Assembly (NCBI GenBank): GCA_951406725.2
Contig: OX597816.1
Span: 171,616,001 to 171,680,000 of the forward strand
From: Octopus vulgaris
Taxonomy: Eukaryota
Reading direction: 5' to 3'
Length of the DNA stretch: 64,000 nt
Under the pieces are notes generated by a model. The model searched no databases, was not told the origin of the DNA, and was given only the letters and a program-made list of their open reading frames with translations. The translations under genes and the position numbers were made by a program. This document shows positions 56,595 through 64,000 of the stretch, one piece after another (within the stretch, counting starts at the first letter, position 1; each line of letters starts with the position of its first letter).

Positions 56595-56826
56595 AGGCGG
56601 CGAACTGGCAGAAACATTATCACGCCGGGCGAAATGCGTTGCCGTATTTCGTCTGCCGTTACGTTCCGAGTTCAAATTCCGCCGAGGTCGACTTTGCCTT
56701 TCATCCTTCCGGGGTCGATAAATTAAGTACCAGTTACGCACTGGGGTCGATGTAATCGACTTAATCCGTTTGTCTGTCCTTGTTTATCTCCTCTGTGTTT
56801 AGCCCCTTGTGGGTAGTAAAGAAATA
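56595..56826 (+). mobile_element. SINE family B monomer
   Basis: Match to first unit of family B, ending AAAGAAATA. Confidence 0.88.
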
Positions 56827-57054
56827 TATATATATATATATATATATATCCATCCATCCATCCATCCATCCATCCATCCATCCATCCATCCATCCATCCA
56901 TCCATCCATCCATACATACATACATACATACATACATACATACATACATACATACATACATACATACATACATACATACATACATACATACATACATACA
57001 TACATACATACATACATACATACATACATACATACATACATACATACATACATA
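56826..57054. repeat. (TA)n-(TCCA)n-(TACA)n compound microsatellite
   Basis: Direct inspection. Confidence 0.95.
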
Positions 57055-57646
57055 AGAATACTGGAGGTATGTTCCAGTGAAGACCTCAAAAAAAATGTAA
57101 GCACAACAGACTGATTTGAGATAAAGAAGAGAAACTGTGTACAGTTGTGGAAATTAGCTGGCCAGTGGATGTTAACATAAAGCTGAAGATCAGTGAAAAA
57201 GAGAATACCTATGCTGAACTATTGAGAAATCTGCAGTTATTCTATCCAGATTACAAGTTCAGGTTTATATCTGTAATTATTGGGGCCCTGGGATACGTAA
57301 CACACTGCTTAAATACCAATCTTGAGAAATTAGGGTTCTCAAAACCAGAAAGGAGAAAGGTAATTCGAAGACTACAGCTCCAATCCATCACCGGAACAGT
57401 AAAAATCTGTAAAACTTTCCAGAAGTTTATCATTTGAATATATATGAGCATATCTAGATATGCAACTATATGCATGAGAATACATAGATAAAGCAAAACA
57501 TACAAATCTGCACATATACATAAATACATACATACAAACAAAAATATCCAGTTGGTGTTGAAATTCCAATGAAGGAGCCTTGGATCTAGGTTAGAAACCG
57601 TTTCTTTCTCTATTAGCAAGGAATCTTGAAATAAAACTGAATAGTT
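57055..57646 (+). mobile_element. 3' fragment of a second RLE-type non-LTR family in (TACA)n
   Basis: [49 protein letters not shown] (E..P.D…EK…Y…IIGALG); 3' UTR ends AATAAAACTGAATAG then TACA repeats. Confidence 0.75.
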
Positions 57647-57750
57647 ACATACATATATACATACATACAGTCTTTTTTGTACTTCTTTTCATTTTGGCAC
57701 TGAATCCATTATCGTTTCTATATATATATATATATATATACATATATATA

Positions 57751-58155
57751 TAATTTACAAGATAAGGGCAGAAGAAAAATTCTAATGCCAGATACGCCGA
57801 AACAAAAAATTGTCTGCTCGGGACTTAGTGCTTGCTTCTTCCGTGGGTATGAATAAGTATTTCATTTATATCTCGCGTATTTGCCGCTGAAGAGGGGAAG
57901 ATTTCTTGTGAATTAACCTCGAAATTGGACCAATACGGTAATAACGAATTTTTTAGAGATTTCTATCGGTTTGTTTCGAGACGCATAAATTTAATGGTTA
58001 TTGACAATTTTTTGTTTCGGCGTATCTGGCATTAGAATTTTTCTTCTGCCCTTATCTTGTAAATTATGTATAAATTTTACCTTTAAAGGCATTTTTTGAT
58101 ATGCTGGCGATTGATAAAATTTTTTTTCCCGAAAATTTTTTTATCCTATATCAAT
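57751..58155 (+). mobile_element. Non-coding PLE-like unit with hammerhead and 64-bp inverted 5' copy in (TA)n
   Basis: 57751-57814 is the reverse complement of 58003-58066; (TA)n on both sides. Confidence 0.75.
57881..57941 (+). ncRNA. Type I hammerhead ribozyme
   Basis: TTGCCG-CTGAAGA-GGGG(...)CCTC-GAA-ATTGG(A)CCAAT-A-CGGTAA; all three stems pair; AUA cleavage site after 57935. Confidence 0.8.
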
Positions 58156-58187
<32 letters not shown>

Positions 58188-58786
58188 TATATGATCCGGT
58201 TCTTGACTGAAGATTGAAGGCTTCGAATGTCCCCCCAAAAAATTCTGGCCAATTCGTTCGATTGAAACCCTTACAGGCTGTGCTGCAGCATGGCCGCAGC
58301 CAAATGATTGAAAGAAGTAAAAGACTTAAAAAGTATATGTATGTTTGTGTATATATGTGTGGACTTATTTATGTGTATGGGTACGCGCGTGATGTGTGTG
58401 TGTGTGTGTGTGTGTGTTTGTGTGTGTGATTGAAAGACAGGATGACCATAGCTGGGAAACCTTCAACAATAAGGCCAGTTCAAGGGGAACGTGAGGGTCG
58501 ACCTGGAGTTAATCAGCCTGACAACTACCACGGCAACAACGAAGAGATCTTTTAATGTAGCAAAATAGATTTTATAAATTTAATTCCATTTAAACTCTGT
58601 TCGTATGAATTTCAACCTCAAGCTTTGCAAGAACATATGTTTAAAGTGTGATCTGATATTTTGTTTATATCTCAGCATTTCGCTAGAGAGTTAAACTAAA
58701 ACTTCCAGTCTTTCAATTACTTCTTATCGAGTTCTCGTGTCCTCGAGTCCTCCTCCATATATATGGGGCATTACCATGAAGAATTT

Positions 58787-59053
58787 GGATCTTTTCGGTT
58801 TGATCGGGAGTTTTTAACATAATTTCTAGGTAACTAAAAATTTTAAACTTCGTATACTGGTAGAATATGTTTATAAAACATATTTTTCTCTTGGCTTTAT
58901 TGAGAAAATTCTATGGTTTGTAAGATATTTGTTGTTTTTTTCTTCAATTTCTGCATTTTCAACCAATCAGTGACGTCTATTGAGTTAAAAAAGCATTCTT
59001 TGCCGTATGAATATGTCCCTCGTTTAGGTAACAGATTGGGTTTATTTACATTT
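58787..59053 (-). mobile_element. Telomeric-repeat MITE, truncated just before the telomeric tract
   Basis: One TIR; match stops at TTTATTTACATTT. Confidence 0.9.
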
Positions 59054-59154
59054 ATTTACGTTTATTTACATGCACACACACGCATAAATACATGCATACA
59101 TACATACATACATGCATGCATACATACATACATATATGTGTATATATTTTATCA

Positions 59155-59196
<42 letters not shown>

Positions 59197-59233
59197 GTAT
59201 ATATATGATATATATGATATTATATATATATAT

Positions 59234-59644
59234 TGATAAAAATGGTAAGACAACAAAAGAATGAAAGAGACCTCGATATTATGTAAATAGAGGAATTTAT
59301 CTGTAAATGTAATATGTGACAATTATTCGGTAGCCATGATAAAACTCCGAGTTTCGGATGCCGAGGTGGAAATCCGCGCCGCCATCTCTTCAGTTATCAG
59401 GCCATCGGATAAAATGCTGTGAAAAATGACCGTTATACAAAGGGAAATTACTGTGTGATTGACCGTTATTAAGACAAAAGAGCTTCTTGAATGACCGCTA
59501 AGTGAGGGGAGGGAGTAAAAGGAAAGGGGTAAAAAAGTTCATAGTATTCGCGTAAGCGCGCATGTTCATACCTACACATGCGCGCTCCCACACCACGTGT
59601 GGACTTATTTATCGAATAATTGTCACATATTACATTTACAGATA
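59234..59644 (-). mobile_element. Non-coding PLE-like unit with hammerhead and 32-bp inverted 5' copy in (TA)n
   Basis: 59613-59644 is the reverse complement of 59298-59329; TA-rich repeats on both sides. Confidence 0.75.
59337..59399 (-). ncRNA. Type I hammerhead ribozyme
   Basis: TGATAA-CTGAAGA-GATG(...)CATC-C-GAA-ACTC(G)GAGT-T-TTATCA; GUU cleavage triplet; one extra base at stem II. Confidence 0.7.
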
Positions 59645-59661
59645 TATATACATATACATAC

Positions 59662-59749
<88 letters not shown>

Positions 59750-59897
59750 GCACGGCGGGTTCCTTTCAGTTTCCATCCAACAAATCTGCTGGCAAGGTTT
59801 TGGTCGATCCGAGGTTATAATAGAAGACTCTTGTCCATGGCCTCACGCAGTGAGACTGAACCCAGGACCATGTGGTTTGGAAGCAAACTTCTTACCG
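59750..59897 (-). mobile_element. SINE family A head, diverged
   Basis: Match to 5' half. Confidence 0.75.
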
Positions 59898-59995
<98 letters not shown>

Positions 59996-61744
59996 CACAC
60001 ACTTGTAATTTGAAGATAGAATTGGTTAAGACTGGGATATGTGGCGACGTTAAAAAAATTGTGTTCAAGTTGCTAACGAATTTTTTGTCAATAAGACAGT
60101 GCTGTATTCTTTATGTAAAATGATATCTATTTACAACCGAGTAGACTGAGCCAGCAAGTGTTTAGTGTGTTGACAAAGTGACAATTTTGGCAACAGAATG
60201 CGAATCATCAATATTTTTCAGGTGGTAAACTGATGTGCCTATGTGTGTCAGTCAGCCGTATTAATGGGTCTCTTTATTGTGTCACAAATAGACAAAAACA
60301 GCACTAGCAACAGTAGTAGCAACACAACTACTTCCACCACCACCAGCAATAACAACAACAACAACGACAATAACAACAACAGCAACAATAGTAACACACA
60401 CATGTCTATGTCCTGTTTTGGCTTAACTTCCTGTATGACACGATGTAGGGAGGCACAGCAATGGATGGCCAGAATTGACAGACCGTATCTGCATATCTAC
60501 AGAAGATCTTATGTGAAAATTTCCTATGAAAATTTCCTATGAAAATTTCCTCCAGGAGGCCATCTATCTCTCGTCAGCTGAATTTCTCCGAATAATTTGT
60601 TTCTTCAATGCTACCAGAGTTCGGGGAACCAAGCACACGTTCTATACTCCTTTTAAGCTAAAGCTAATAAATATATCCCAACAGTCTCTATCTGTCTTCA
60701 ATGTGTTTCATGTAAAGCTGGCTTTAATTAGATAACGACAAAGCAGTCACAGTTTTAAAATAGAAACAGTTGAAATTAAATGTCCGTAAAAAATCTGTTC
60801 ATTCAGTGAGAATTTCCCAGATTTATTATACTCAACTTAGTGTCTCTTTTGTTTTCATTGCATAAATGTTTGTCGAAAAACTTTTCCTTAGATTTGCCAC
60901 AGTGTAAAACTGTCGAGCATTTCAACATATTAAAAATACTTCAAAATAACACGGAGAAGCATTTTAACGTAGGATAAATTAAAAGTGCGGGGAGTCACTG
61001 ATATCTTTTAGGAAGATGACTAAAACATGTTCTGCGTTGTTTATCATACTTGCCGAAATAATTAAAATAATATTATTCAGTGACTAATACTGTTTTATTT
61101 TCCCCTTCGCCTTTTCACTCAATTATTTCTATTGTAATGCACCCGTAGTATATATGAGAATTCTAACTCGACTACAGCATCTGACTACGACTCACTCACC
61201 AGCAAAAGACAGCTGTAATATACCTTGTGCTGCATCATCCACCGGTCAATCTTTTTACTACTTTGGCGGTCCCTTTTACTTTTCCATTGAGTATCAACTT
61301 ATTTTAGCTAAACGTGAACCCACTATGAGAGTTTCTCTCATGGTAACTACCGCAGTATTGTTTGTTCTAACAGACCATCCACGTTTATGTGGAATAAATA
61401 TTACCCCTCGGCATTAATACTGTCTCTTTCGCTAACATAACTTATTGACCACATCGATCTCACTCATCTTAGAGGTCCTATGTAGCTCATTCTTTAGGCT
61501 TTGGATAATTCACTTTTGGAAACAACTCTTATTCTAACTGGGCCCCACCTGCAAGGTCATGCGATGTTAATTTTGATATGAGATCCCCATGTCACGCACA
61601 TATGGTTATGATGCATGCGCCTAGTGTACCCTTACCAGACGAGTAGTCATGATGGGTATACTGAGCTTCGTATATTTTACCCCAGTGTTACTTTTTGATG
61701 GCATGCACTGCTCTCTTACTCAATAATAATGATGTAAACATCAG

Positions 61745-61798
<54 letters not shown>

Positions 61799-62041
61799 TG
61801 TATGTATGTATGTAAGTATGTAAGTATGTATGTATGTATGTATGTATGTATGTATGTGTGTATGTATGTATGTATGTATGAATGTATGTATGTATGTATG
61901 AATGTATGTATGTATGTATGTAAGTATGTAAGTATGTATGTATGTGTGTGTATGTATATGTATGTGTGTGTATGTATGTATGTATGTATGTATGTATGTA
62001 TGTATGTATGTATGTATGTATGTATGTACGTACGTATGTAT
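61745..62041. repeat. (TG)n/(TGCG)n/(TATG)n microsatellite
   Basis: Direct inspection. Confidence 0.95.
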
Positions 62042-63249
62042 GGAGTGGAGCAATTGTGTATAGTTTTCTTTTCTGATTCGCTAGAACGTCTGTTAAATAT
62101 AATGACGTAATGTTCGGTCTTCGCGTTCCAAGTCTCTTGGGTGTTGTTTCCTGTTGGTCTGCGTTCTCACATTGAACTTTGTTTTTAAAATCCCCGCACA
62201 TGCGCCGGTTTGTTTCTTTTACTCAAAATAACTGCATATGCATATGCTTGACCTGATTTCTCTCAATAATGGTAAATGTGTTTATATGGTTCTCCAGTCA
62301 TATTTCCCATCTGTGCATGCATGCATATTTATTCATATCTATGCACGCATGCATCCTGCAGGCGTGTGATTACAATTTCTCGTTACTTCCAAAGTTAAAC
62401 ACCACAAACAAAAATAAATAAACTAAAATAAACAACGTGTAGATGAAGAAGTGAATGACACAAATGTACGAATTTTCTTTGAATTTCTTTGGCGAAAATA
62501 TAAAAAATATTAATTCTAAAAATTATTCAGTTCTTTTCCAGAAAATGTTTTGTAGGAATTTTTTGTACTACATTTAAAAGAAGGACACCTACATACACAC
62601 AAACGAAAGCATATACAACACTCGTACAATACAAAATGCCTTTGAGAAGATGCCGACGACCGCTCGGTTCAAAGTCTCCCTTGACCACAAGTGGCCTGAA
62701 CTCTTTATATGAACACCACCCTGTACATAACTCCATGTCCCCCTACATGGCCATGCTTTTTGCTTTTTGAGCCAAAATTAACTAACTAACTAACTAACTA
62801 ACCCTTTTTTACATGTTTGTTTTGTATGTTTATGTAAATCCATATATGAAAGTTCATATGTTTATGTACGTACGTATGTATGTATGCGTGTACGTTTCTT
62901 TTTCAATTGCTTGAATTCTTTCTATAAGAAACGAGTTGCATTAAAAGTAAAAGAATCATCGCTGGAATTTGGATGGCGAAAACAATAAGTGAATAAGTGT
63001 TACACATTAAACATAGAAAAGTTTTCTACACACTCGCACACACATTTCGCTTAGAGATAGTATCTGCAAAGTGCATTAGCTGGTTGTTTTCTTTGTCTGA
63101 ATATCCTAGCTTTTCGAGATTGTCACTTAGACATCTAGTAACAAGGTCATGTCAATTTATATAATCTGCGTAGAGAAATGAAAGTTTTTGACGCAGTTGT
63201 CCATAGATATTCTCTTTTTCCAGCGATTTTTAAAAAAAGAAATTTTCAT

Positions 63250-63412
63250 AGGCGTAGGAGTGGCTGTGTGGTAAGTACCTTGCTTACGAACCACATGGTT
63301 CCGGGTTCAGTCCCACTGCGTGGCACCTTGGGCAAGTGTCTTCTGCTATAGCCTCGGGCCGACCAAAGCCTTATGAGTGGATTTGGTAGACGGAAACGGA
63401 AAGAAGCCCGTC

Positions 63413-63494
<82 letters not shown>

Positions 63495-63709
63495 GATTGT
63501 ATATGTTTGTGTGTCTGTGTTTGTCCCCCCAACATCGCTTGACAACCGATGCTAGTGTGTTTACGTCCCCATAACTTTGCGGTTCGGCGAAAGAAACCGA
63601 CAGAATAAGTATCAGGCTTCCAAAGAATGTTCTGGGGTCGATTTGCTCAACTAAAGGCGGTGCTCCAGCATGGCCACAGTCACATGACTGAAACAAGTAA
63701 AAGAGTAAA
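63250..63709 (+). mobile_element. SINE family A
   Basis: Full-length match. Confidence 0.9.
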
Positions 63710-64000
63710 CTTGCAAACCAACTGATCTCGATGACTGCATATAATTCTTCGTTTTGTCTCCCCCAAAACGATATTAGGCCTTTTTTTCATACACTTGGCG
63801 AAAGTTTTGATAAGAATGTTCCACCAATATTTTTTTGCTGTTGATAGGAATGTGTGTATTCATTAGCAAGGGCAATGCAATTAGTAGTTTGTAAACCTGT
63901 CTGAACTGGCACATATTTCATCATTTATCTTATACTGAGCCATTGTGTTACAAGGCATAGAGCTAACCCTTTAGCATTCAGATTATCTGTCAAATATAAT

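Overview
AT-rich, repeat-saturated eukaryotic non-coding DNA (intron or intergenic). The tRNA-derived SINE families and dense (TA)n/(TATG)n/(CA)n microsatellites resemble cephalopod (octopus-like) genomes; this is an inference. No host protein-coding exon can be supported, and most ORFs in the track are microsatellite or SINE artefacts. Contents: (i) 11 copies or fragments of a ~410-445 bp MITE with GGATCTTTTCGGTTTGAACGGCAGTTTT TIRs, 8-bp TSDs and an internal telomeric (TTAGGG)n/G4 tract, 9 of them between 22 and 42 kb; (ii) several Penelope-like (PLE) derived pieces with type I hammerhead ribozymes, three of which can be folded by eye, including short non-coding units with an inverted 5' copy embedded in microsatellites; (iii) R4/Dong-clade RLE retrotransposons in (AAT)n, one with a candidate HDV-like ribozyme at its 5' end and one inserted in frame into a PLE, producing the only long ORF (775 aa, chimeric); (iv) decayed mariner, pogo, piggyBac, hAT, Helitron, RTE and CR1/L2 fragments; (v) many SINEs; (vi) local repair scars, including a 94-bp inverted templated insertion.
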